DNA of 63,727 nt, filler included, from Folioceros fuciformis (Eukaryota), in NCBI GenBank assembly GCA_049999805.1. It is 16 parts of 16 records of this genome, joined end to end, with 100 filler letters (N's around TTAATTAATTAA, not from the genome) between each part and the next. Parts side by side here need not be neighbours in the genome. Positions count along the whole stretch, not along the records: positions 5,347 to 15,701 come from JBNGIO010003676.1; positions 15,802 to 18,638 come from JBNGIO010003677.1; positions 18,739 to 22,028 come from JBNGIO010003678.1; 13 more parts are not named here. The stretch is one strand, 5' to 3'. Positions 11,962 to 22,128 of this stretch are shown in pieces. The position numbers and the translations under genes were made by a program. Position 1 is the first letter of the stretch. Each line of letters starts with the position of its first letter. The notes beneath the pieces were generated by a model, which was given only the letters and a program-made list of their open reading frames with translations, was not told where the DNA came from and searched no databases.

Positions 11962-14268
11962 TCAAGCGGCGTCTCCACATGAGCACATTCCATCCCTGAA
12001 ATGGTGCACGCGGTGAGCGTCCCGGACAATAAGCTCCCTCTTCTCGGCCTGCGAGAGTACCTTGGCGACGCTGTGGCAGGTGCTGCACATACGTAGAGAT
12101 TTGGTGACCAGCAGAGTGGAGCCTGCAGGAGTGTTCAGTAGGCCGAAAGATAAGGCCAGTCTCTCCGCGTGCCCGCACATGTTGTCGTCGTTTCCATTAC
12201 CGGCCGGGACGGCAGGGAATCCATGTACGTTGGTGACAGGAGGAGACAGTTCCTCGTCTCCTACAGTAAACTGATGCATCTTCTGATTCACTTCGATGAA
12301 GGCCTTGGCGGGCTTTTTACGTACACCTGAAGCTATCCTCAACCTGTCGACGTCCCAAGCGTCCTCCAATCTGCCGGCAGTTGCGTATAGACTTGACATG
12401 AGGACGTAGGCTGAGCCATGTTGAGGTTCTAGCTGCAGAAGACGGTCGAAGCACAGGCGTCCTCGCCCAACATCACCGTGGAGATTGCAGGCAGTCAGCA
12501 GGGACCTCCATCCCACGCAGTCGTTACCGAAGGGAAGGGTTTGCAACATCTGTTCAGGCTCGTCCATGTGGCCCGACCGCCCGAGCAAATCAACCATGCA
12601 GTTGTAGTGCTCCACAGTTGGTGCGATGCCATACCCTTCGACCATCATTTTGAAATACTCTTGCCCTTGGCTTACCAGCCCCATGTGACTGCATGCAGTG
12701 AGCAGAGACAAGAATGTGCAGTCATCGGGCTGTACTCCCTGTACCTTCATTTCCTCGAAGCAGTCCATGGCCAGTTCACAGTTGTTGTGCTGGCCATATC
12801 CGTTAATAAGAGAATTCCATGTGACTACGTTCCTCAAAATCAACCCGTCAAAAACGCGTTGAGCGTCCTCCAGGCTCCCGCATTTGGCATACATGTCCAC
12901 CAGAGCGCTCCCTATCTTTGGATCTTGTTCGAGTCCCCTGTCCAGAATTTCAGAATGTATCTGCCTGCCTGCTTGCAGAGCGCCGATGCTCCCACAGACT
13001 TTCAGAGTATTGATGAAAGTTACCCTGTCAGGCTTTGTTCCCTCTCGTTGCATACTTTCGTACAGATCAAAAGCTTCCGGGCCAGACCCATGCAGGGCAT
13101 AGCCACCTATCATGGCACTCCAGGTCACAATGTCTCTTGCGGGCAAACCGTCAAAGACACTGCGAGCATCATCTAAGCACCCACACTTGAGGTACATATT
13201 CACCACAGCGTTCCAAACAAATAAGTCTGATACACCGACGGTCTCCCGAATCTGAGCGTGAATTTGCTTTCCCTTGTCCACAGCCCCGGTCATTCCACAT
13301 GCTTGCAAAACAGCCACAAGGGTGTACTTGTCAGACATCACAACTTCTTGCTGCATCCTTTCATAGAGGTCAAGGGCGTCCTGACCAAGCTCATGGTGAG
13401 TATATGCTTGAATCATCACATTCCACGAGACTACGTCTTTGTGTGACAATGCTTCAAACACTGTACGCGCATCCACCAGGCTCTCACACTTGGCATACAT
13501 ATCCACTAGGGTGTTGCCAACACTTACCACACCTTGAAGCCCTTGTTTCTGAATGTCGGCATGAATTTGCCGGCCCTTCTGGATGTCGCCTCTCATAGCA
13601 CATGCTTTCAATAAAGCCTTGAAAGTAGCGTAGTCAGCAGAAACCCTGTCATCCTGCTGCATCAACTCGTGAAGGTCCAGGGCTTCTTGAGCGAGCCCAT
13701 TTTGGACGTACCCAGAGATAATGGCATTCCACGTCACCACATTTCGGGTTATCAAGCCGTCAAAGACTGCCCGAGCATCCCTCACGCTCTTGCACTTGCA
13801 GTACATGTCTACAAGGGAGGCTCCAACACAAACGTTCGACTCGAGTGCACTGTATACAATATCAGCATGCACCAGTCTGCCAGAACTTATATCTCCAAGA
13901 CAGGCGCAAGCTTTCAGGACTGCCACAAATATATAGCTGTTTGGTTTCACCCTTGACATTCGGAGCTGCTGGTACAATTCAATAGCCTCCAGAGCCTGTC
14001 CCTGCTCTCCATGTGCGGAGATGATTGAAGCCCAAACGTGTTCATCCGGAGCAGGCAGTTTGCTGAAGACTTGTTTGGCTTCAAGCAAGTTTCCATGCGA
14101 AGCATACATGCGGATAATGTGACTGGCCAGGAAAGCATTGGACTCAAACTTGCGTTTAGCCACAAGAGCATGTATTCGCCTGCCAACAACCAAATCTTTA
14201 TTTGCGATGCATCCCTTGAGGACACGATACAACATGTCTCTTGAAACAAAACGTCCTTGCCGGTCCAT
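11962..14268 (-). CDS. PLS-class PPR protein with E1/E2 and a DYW:KP-type deaminase domain (candidate organellar U-to-C editing factor)
   Basis: Intronless ORF open to 14349, first in-frame ATG at 14268. Repeated VDMYAKC..L.DA..VF/VVTWN..I.GY motifs, then PTVEHYNCMVDLLGRSG. C-terminus KKPAKAFIEV...HAERLAL...LRMCSTCH...RDAHRVHHF..G.CSCGDAA. Confidence 0.93.
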   Translation of the reverse strand: MDRQGRFVSRDMLYRVLKGCIANKDLVVGRRIHALVAKRKFESNAFLASHIIRMYASHGNLLEAKQVFSKLPAPDEHVWASIISAHGEQGQALEAIELYQQLRMSRVKPNSYIFVAVLKACACLGDISSGRLVHADIVYSALESNVCVGASLVDMYCKCKSVRDARAVFDGLITRNVVTWNAIISGYVQNGLAQEALDLHELMQQDDRVSADYATFKALLKACAMRGDIQKGRQIHADIQKQGLQGVVSVGNTLVDMYAKCESLVDARTVFEALSHKDVVSWNVMIQAYTHHELGQDALDLYERMQQEVVMSDKYTLVAVLQACGMTGAVDKGKQIHAQIRETVGVSDLFVWNAVVNMYLKCGCLDDARSVFDGLPARDIVTWSAMIGGYALHGSGPEAFDLYESMQREGTKPDRVTFINTLKVCGSIGALQAGRQIHSEILDRGLEQDPKIGSALVDMYAKCGSLEDAQRVFDGLILRNVVTWNSLINGYGQHNNCELAMDCFEEMKVQGVQPDDCTFLSLLTACSHMGLVSQGQEYFKMMVEGYGIAPTVEHYNCMVDLLGRSGHMDEPEQMLQTLPFGNDCVGWRSLLTACNLHGDVGRGRLCFDRLLQLEPQHGSAYVLMSSLYATAGRLEDAWDVDRLRIASGVRKKPAKAFIEVNQKMHQFTVGDEELSPPVTNVHGFPAVPAGNGNDDNMCGHAERLALSFGLLNTPAGSTLLVTKSLRMCSTCHSVAKVLSQAEKRELIVRDAHRVHHFRDGMCSCGDAA

Positions 14269-14292
14269 ACTGGCCAGCTCCCTCGAGGCCTG

Positions 14293-14546
14293 ATCGAAGA
14301 GTCCATCGTCACACAATTGACTCCAGCTGTCCTGGCTACATTTCAACACCGCATTCGATCAACAACGGAACATTGCTCCCCACTGATAAAAAAAAACCCT
14401 AGTGCAACTACCATGCCTCTCTCATCGAACAGTCCATCATCACATGATTGATTCCAGCTCTCCTGGCTGCATCCCAACCCCGCATTCGATCAACAACAAC
14501 AAGTTCCTCTCCACTGATAGACGAAACCTAATGCAACTATCGTGCC
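14293..14546. repeat. Diverged ~131-bp tandem duplication at the 5' end of the PPR gene
   Basis: ATCGAAGAGTCCATCGTCACAC...CCGCATTCGATCAACAAC...TGCAACTA from 14293 is repeated as ATCGAACAGTCCATCATCACAT... from 14424. Confidence 0.85.
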
Positions 14547-15474
14547 TGCTGCAAAGGAATAAACTTCACCTGTCAAGCTTATGACACACAGCTCCGTCCC
14601 TGCCCCTAGGCACACCTCCATCCGCGAATGCCTCACTCCTTCCTCTCTTCCACAACACGTCCTCACTATCTGGGCCTGACTGCCATTACCATTCAGCTAT
14701 CAGTTTCAATCTTCCAATCACGCATCTCCAGAAAAACACACTCTCATGACCCAGCCTCTACCTGCTTCATCCTGGATTCGGCCAGAAACTGCCTCCATAA
14801 TCCCTCGGCTGCACTCTGCTCATCTGCGGCACACCTGAAAACATAAAAACCTTCAAAGCCATATAACAGGCGAGTCACAAAAAGACAACAAAATAGGACA
14901 CCAGGCCTCACCCTGACTGCCGTGCTCCGCCGTGCTGTCCAGGCTGTACAGCCGCCTGGACCACTCCAACGCGGGGATATGAGGCCCAGCCTTGCTCCAA
15001 ACGAGCCCGCCGACAGCCCCGGACCTCCTCATAGCATCTTCAGCTCCCTCCAAGCATTGCTGCAACCAGCACTCACCTCACAACCTCCAGGAGACCTAGC
15101 AACACCAGGATTCATGCACCACCGGCGGCCTCGCAGGGCTTCCATCCATGCCCACTCTCCACCCTGTCCCTGCCTCGCTTCAAATTGCACCAACTCCTCC
15201 TCGACTGCCGCACTCCGTGTCACCGGTGCCTCCACTTCACATGGTTCTTCATCGTCTTTCGGAATTCAGAAAATTGCTATATTGTGTAGACTCTTTAGTA
15301 AGGAAACATTAGTCAATATAAAACCTCGAGGCGAAAGGACGGAACCGAGAGTCGTCTCAGTTTTTCTTTGGAGGGCTCCCAGACCAAGGGTGCGTCATCC
15401 GGAACGAGTTCGACTTCAGTCATCAGGCTTGCGGGTCCAGAGCTGCGCTCCGTGTGGTGACCCAAACTCTGCAA

Positions 15475-15687
15475 ATGACCAGAGGAAATCAGAGGGACCG
15501 CGACCGAGAGCGGGCGGCCGCGAGGACGGGCTCCGGGAAGGGAGCTAAGACGAAGGATGACGGGCTCACGCCGGAGCAGCGCAGGGAGCGGGACGCGAAG
15601 GCCTTGCAAGAAAAGCAGGCCAAGAAGGCGGCTAGCGGGGCTCCTGCCGGAGCACCATCGGGGACCAAGCCTGCTGCCAAGAAATGA
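15475..15687 (+). CDS. SERF: Small EDRK-rich factor (SERF/4F5 family), 70 aa
   Basis: MTRGNQRDRDRERA...DDGLTPEQRRERDAKALQEK is the family signature. ATG 15475, TGA 15687. Confidence 0.93.
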   Translation: MTRGNQRDRDRERAAARTGSGKGAKTKDDGLTPEQRRERDAKALQEKQAKKAASGAPAGAPSGTKPAAKK

Positions 15688-17139
15688 GAGCCACACCTAG
15701 TNNNNNNNNNNNNNNNNNNNNNNNNNNNNNNNNNNNNNNNNNNNNTTAATTAATTAANNNNNNNNNNNNNNNNNNNNNNNNNNNNNNNNNNNNNNNNNNN
15801 NTGAAGGTTGGTTCAATGAGAGCTAATATTATTCAATATTATTAATGAGAGTAGAACTTATTACTATTTTTATATTATTTAATCTACACATGGGTTTCAT
15901 CATATGTTGCAGGTGGAGGTAGTAGATTTAGTGATAGAAGATGGTACAGAGAAAGTGAGTTCATCTTACTTGAGAGAGCAAGTTGCCAAAGACACGGTTG
16001 AGTTATCCACTTGAATTGAAGCATTTAAGTTCAAGTGGAGCATTTAAGTTCCCAGTGTGGATGAGTCAATCATAGTTTTATCTATTACGAGGTCAAAGTA
16101 ACTGTTGAGAGACTCAATACAAGTCAGTCAATCATAGTTTTATCTATTACGAGGTCAAAGTAAATGTTGAGAGACTCAATACAAGTGGGTTGCGAGTCCC
16201 AGGGTACAGTTCTTTCATTTTCCTAGTCAACCTATATCAAAATGGGTACAATCCTTTTATTCTTCAAAGGCATGATAGTTTCCTTAAAATTGGAATGAAA
16301 TTGGATAGAACAATTTTGTTCATTGGCAAAGACTAGAGTTAGGATTTATAGNNNNNNNNNNNNNNNNNNNNNNNNNNNNNNNNNNNNNNNNNNNNNNNNN
16401 NNNNNNNNNNNNNNNNNNNNNNNNNNNNNNNNNNNNNNNNNNNNNNNNNNNTTGAATCATATAACTGACGTGGATCAAAAAAACAATGAAGTAAGCGAAT
16501 CCACTATGCGAGACTAATCTCCTCTAAACCATTTGGAAGGAGAATGCATATGAAGTAAGCGAATCTCGTATGCAAGACTAATCTCTTCTAAACCATTTGG
16601 AAGGAGAATGCATATGTGACAAGATAGCAAGCTAAACCCTTGATATTGAAGGCTTGCCACAACGAAAGATTTGCTTCTAACCTTCATAGTGCTTGAACTA
16701 ACATACGCATCTAGTAACATCTCAAAGTTATTTTTCTCAAGAAACATTCTCTAAACCAAAAACCCTGTAGAACCTTGCAGCTAGGCATTATGTGTGGGGA
16801 TCAAATGGCTGGGTTTCCAATTTGATGTGACGTTTTGAGATCAAATGACCAAAGTCTTTTGGTATAGATTGTTCAATTATTAGACTTTTGCAAGGGATCC
16901 TCACGCAAATGCTAACACGAGAGGGAGGTGGCCAAAAACCCTAAATTATTTTTGTTGCAATTTTATGCAGGTTTGTTGCATTGCTTGTCACAACTCTATA
17001 ACACAATGAATTGTGTTTTTGTTATCTCTTACACAAACATGTGGTGTTGTTGAAGATGCATATGGAGAAGCAAGCAACAGAAAGGGAAAAGGTAGTGAGA
17101 CATCGATTGTTTTAAAGAACAACCAAATAAGTATTTTGG

Positions 17140-17450
17140 CATTGTAATTGATGGCATGGATTAGAAAAAAATAGAGTTGCTCACTACTAGCGTCTATCAA
17201 GAACTATGGAGTGATTTAATCTCATTAGCTGTCATATGGTAGGATTGTTGGTATTCAATTACCTAGTTTGCACTCAAGTGTATATGAGCTTCCCAAACAT
17301 TGCAAACGACCCAAATGAAAATGGGGCTATCATTCATCATGTCATCAACAACTGCGAGCCTTTGCCATCAACAAATAGCACAAGCCTTTACGACATGTGT
17401 TGCCACACAAAATGAAAACCAATAGCTTTCCTTATAACTAGCATGTCGTT
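17140..17450 (+). pseudogene. Degenerate transposase-like remnant (DGMDQ/DUF7869-like)
   Basis: Translation across stops and shifts: IVIDGMD*KK...HMVGLLVF...FPNIANDPN..AIIHHVI...PLPST. AT-rich and decayed. Confidence 0.4.
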
Positions 17451-18738
17451 AGTCTAAATGGACTATCCCACGTTGCTTTGGTCCCACCACCCTTAATGCT
17501 ATTAGCCTATTAAACTATTTCAAGTCAACAGGTCCTATCTGATCTCTTGGATTTGGTGGGTAGGTGTCTCCTACCTCTTCAACACGCGGCCGTTTGGGTG
17601 TTGGGTTGCTACTAGTCTGACCTTCCGCTTCAACTATCTACTTGTTAGATCCATCCTATCCCTCCAAGAGAGAGGGGGTGTCACCTCCTTGCAGGGGTAC
17701 CTCCCAATTCGAGACAAACTCCTTGTCATCATCATGTGGGCACTCAAAGTCCCCCTCCTTGGGCTTCAAGTTTTCCAACATGTCTTTGTCATCATCGCAG
17801 GGCCCTAAGACCCTTCTCTCCATGAGCCTAGTCATTTCCTGCGAGAACTTAGTGATCTTCCTGTAGAGATGGTGTGGAGACCACATGGTAGATAGGCCTC
17901 TTAGAAAATGGGTGGTATTTACTTTTTTTTGGAGTTTTGATCGAATTCCTTGAAGAGGTAATTAGGAAACCATGTTAGATAAGGCTAGATTAAAGAGGAT
18001 GATCAGGAGATAGTGGTGGTGCAGTTTAGAAAGTTAACAATTGTCTAGCTAACTCGTGGCCGTGGAAAATGTGAAGTAGGGGGTAGGGTGTGCCTGTGGA
18101 GAGGGACGCCGGCGTGTGTGGAGCCCTAAGTCCGGCGTGTGAGGGCAAGTTGTGGCCTCGGGAGCGTGCGAAAGGGGTTGGGCATAGACATGGTTAGTGG
18201 TGTGCGGGGTCGCAAACAGCTGAGAAGGGGGGCATGTGAACCTCCAAAGTTTGGGGTAGTAGTTTGTTTTGGTTGAAAAAGGGTTAATAGTGGTATGGTT
18301 TGGTTTTCTTTTTCAACTTATTTTCCCTAATTTTCCTTGATTTTCTGGTCATTTTTCCTATTTTTCTTTGTGCTAATTGGGTTAATTGACCAGGAAATAG
18401 TGGGTTTGGTTGTAAGAGTGGGTATAGGTTTGGTCCCAGAGCTGGGAAGGATTAGGTTCGGTACCATGCCATAGGGTTGGGTGATTAGTTTAATATTAAT
18501 TAAAGATATATAATATTAAATGATTAAACAATAATAAAATAATATAAAATAATATAATAATGATTTGGACACAGGAAGGGGTATCTGGGTGTGTCAGTGT
18601 CAGGGGTCAGGGTCTGACGATAGGCTGGCTGATTGCTTNNNNNNNNNNNNNNNNNNNNNNNNNNNNNNNNNNNNNNNNNNNNTTAATTAATTAANNNNNN
18701 NNNNNNNNNNNNNNNNNNNNNNNNNNNNNNNNNNNNNN

Positions 18739-19437
18739 TGCGACGGATCTCGATCGTTAGGAGGCATAAGCCGGAAAAGTAAGTCGTGGGATAAGTAGGA
18801 AGAGGAGGTAGAGAGAGAAAAGTGGTGTGGATCAGGGGGAAGAAGAGAGAGTGTGTGTGGATCCCATCGGGGTAGCCGATCGGGCGACCGTCGCCAAGGG
18901 GGCGATAGAAGTAGTCGAGAACAGTAGTAGCCGTCGGGGCGACAAAGTAGCCAGGTGGTAACAAGGTGGCTGGGTCTGTGGTAGTAGTAACCGTGCGAGC
19001 CTGACCTGGTGTGAACCTCCAAAGTTTGGGGTAGTAGTTTGTTTTGGTTNNNNNNNNNNNNNNNNNNNNNNNNNNNNNNNNNNNNNNNNNNNNNNNNNNN
19101 NNNNNNNNNNNNNNNNNNNNNNNNNNNNNNNNNNNNNNNNNNNNNNNNNGAAGAAGAGAGAGGGTGTGTGGACCCCACCGGGGCAGCCGGTTGGGCGACG
19201 GAAGTAGTCGAGAACAGTGGTAGCCGTCAGGGTGACAGTAGCCAGGTGGTAGCAAGGTGGCCGGGTATGTGGTAGTAGTAACCGTGCGAGCCTAACCTGG
19301 GGTAGTAGCTGACTTTGTGAGACAACATGCGTTATTTAACACAAATCATTCCCTTGGGATCGAATCCCAGTGCTATAACGACAAAGAGGGTTTGTGTGGA
19401 CCTCGCAGCACCCCCGGGTGCAATATTTTCCCCGGCA
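18739..19437 (+). mobile_element. LTR related to family A (3' portion)
   Basis: Shares TTAACACAAATCATTCCCTTGGGATCGAATCCCAG...TGTGTGGACCTCGC and ends TTTTCCCCGGCA. Contains an internal duplication either side of the N gap. Confidence 0.7.
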
Positions 19438-21258
19438 GGAGGCGAAGGAAAAATAAAGAGTTGGTGAAGGCGGGCTCAAGTCGAAAACATCAATCCAAGA
19501 GCAAGAAGTCGGGGAAGGCCAAGCCGGAGTCTGCAAGCGCGTGACGAGGGGCGGAGCAAGCAAGGAAGGAGGTGGAATTGGCAGCCAAAAGGGTCGAGCA
19601 GCAAGGAACTAAATGGAGGAGATGTTGGCTAAACTGGAGAAGCTGCAGTTCAATGCTGTGAAGGATCAGGAGAGGCGGAGGGCCGCGATGGGAGGAAGAG
19701 CCAACCTCGTTTGCTCGACTTGTGGGCAACAAGGTCACTCAAGGGCAAGTTGCCCGCAGGTGAAGGTGTAGATTGTGGAGTATGAGGAGGAGGGGGAGGA
19801 AGCATATCTGGAGGACACCCATTAAATTCAGGAGGTAACGCCTATGGTGGGGTACCCAAAGACGTCCTATCCCCCACACTTGCGCAACAACGCACCTATG
19901 GGAATGATGGGCCAAGCTGCCAAGAATCCAGGACAGCTAACGACGATTCAGTGTTACAACTGCCGAGGCATAGGCCATTTTGCGAGTAGTTGTCCTTCGG
20001 CGACGCAACAGGGGAACGACGACTACGAGAGGTTGTGCACCGACTGCGAGCAGATGGGTCACGTTGCTGGGAGCGTCCTTTGTACAACACCGAAGAAACA
20101 TGTGAGGATCGCTGCCACCCCAGCAACTGTGATTCAGTCTGCTGGACCAAGTGCTCCACCGACAGCGCAAGTGGCAGTCGTGCTCATGGATGTATGGGAG
20201 GACGCAGAGGCTCACATGCTAAGAGAACTGGAGGGCTTGGGCAACCTAGACGAGAGGTATTATGAGGAAACACCCGCCATGGCTGTCCAAACCTGGGGTA
20301 GAGCCAAAGCCACTAAGGTGACCGATGAGTCGGAGCAGGAGAAGCGAGGAGGAAGAGGGCGACCTGTCTCCTCCAGTTCAATGAACACATCGATAGACTT
20401 AGCGACCTCCGTAAGCGGTGGAGAAAAGGAGACACCATCACCAGTGGAGCAGGAGGAAGCGTCGAAAGACCCAACGGAGGCAGAAATAGGAGATGGGGTG
20501 GCCTCTGATTCGGCGACGCGTGCTGAGGGAGAACGACAGTCCATGGATGAACCAGTCCCAGGGGCGGAAGCAGCAGGAGGAACCTCACGTCTGGATAGAT
20601 TGAGAGTGCTGGGTTTTCCTCCAGACGTTTGGCAAGAGGTAGCCGAAATGATCCAGGAGGAGTTGGACCAATCTCCTGAGCGTTCGGCGACGGCCGGTGA
20701 AGGGCGACCCAACTCAGCGATTGTAGGGAACCAGGAAGGGCCTGGGAAGACGGATGGACGACCTACAGCAGAAGCTGAGAAGGGGAGGATGCGAGTGCTT
20801 GACTTGGCAAAAGCCATCATGGACCAAAGGGATACCTAAGGAGTGGGGAGAACACATGATCGAGTTGGAGCCGGGAGCAATACCAGTCAGGATTCCTTAG
20901 TACAAGCTGAATTCGAAGTACTCAATGAAGGTGAAGGAGTAGCTAGAATTGTACCTCAGGGTGGACATCATTTATCCTATTGTCACCTTGGAGTGGGTAG
21001 CGTCGATAGTCGTGGTACCTAAGAAGCAACTAGGCAAGATCAGAGTGTGCCAAGATTGGAGGAGGCTGAACAAGGTGACCCAGAAGGACCATTTCCACTA
21101 CCATTCATCGACAACATTTTGGACTTAGTCGCAGGGCGGATGATGTACTCTTTCCTGGACGGATACTCAAGATACAACTAGCTGCATCTTCGAGAAAGTG
21201 ACTGGCCGCTGACCGCATTCACCACCAACTGGGGAACGTGTGCTTACAAGCGCAGTGC
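19438..21258 (+). mobile_element. Ty3/Gypsy gag with zinc knuckles plus RT N-terminus; protease deleted; degenerate
   Basis: CYNCRGIGHFASSC and CTDCEQMGH, homologous to 59383-60948. From ~20845: EHMIELEPG...IVVVPKK..GKIRVCQDWRRLNKVT.KDHF...YSFLDGYS with stops. Confidence 0.9.
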
Positions 21259-22028
21259 TTTTTTTTTTCGCGAAGAAAATAATTCTGATTATGAGTGGAA
21301 GACTCCTCCCACTTACAATACAATGGGAACCCCCTGCTAACGAATGGACATATATCGAGCACCAAAAGAGAGGGGGGAGGACTAGCCTTAAGACCAAAGC
21401 TCAAGGCAAGGCACACAAAGATGCTCCCCTACACTATGGTACCCGCCGCCTGCCTAAAACACTGATACACACCCTTCAAAGTCTCTCAAAGACCCTAAAG
21501 ACTCACCTTCCCCAGGGGCACGAGTGATTCCAACCCGTATCTTTCCCAAGCGAAAGGAAGCCGGCCATCCTCTAGTCTTTCCGCTTAAATTGCTTCCGGC
21601 TTGATTGCTCCAAGGCTTCTGCTGCAATCAATAAATGCTCCCATATGCGCCATAACAGAGCTTTCACTGAAGCTAACTCCTGTCCTCCATAAACCACCAT
21701 GGACCAATTGACCCAGAGATAGAAAAGACAAGAGGACCACAGTAAGCCCCACCATTGGGTCTTCAGGAGAGGTTTGCCCGAGGCTACGTGCAGCCCAAAT
21801 AAGGCTGATTGACTTGTGATCTTGAGGTAAGCTCCAGGAAAAATCAGTCGAAGCCATCTGTTCACCTCCCCCCAGATCTCTTGGGCAAAACAGCAGTGAA
21901 ACAACATGTGTTGACTCTTGTTCGGGGCACCATCGGTGCACAATCGACACACGTCTTCCCCCGTTGCAGGAAGAAGCCCATCCCAACGATCTGCATTAGA
22001 CAAACATGCTTGAAAGAAACACCAAACT
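21259..22028 (-). mobile_element. L1-type LINE 3' end (zf-RVT, 3' UTR, poly-A)
   Basis: CRLC...SQHMLFHCCFAQEIW...FYLW zinc-finger region. The T10 tract at 21259-21268 is the minus-strand poly-A and interrupts the Gypsy RT. Confidence 0.8.
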
Positions 22029-22128
22029 NNNNNNNNNNNNNNNNNNNNNNNNNNNNNNNNNNNNNNNNNNNNTTAATTAATTAANNNNNNNNNNNNNNNN
22101 NNNNNNNNNNNNNNNNNNNNNNNNNNNN

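Noticed and set aside
16063-16620. Short direct duplications (~62 and ~41 bp), and the 35-bp one at ~8206-8271
   Set aside because: Simple local duplications, some next to gaps and possibly artefactual, with no functional signal.
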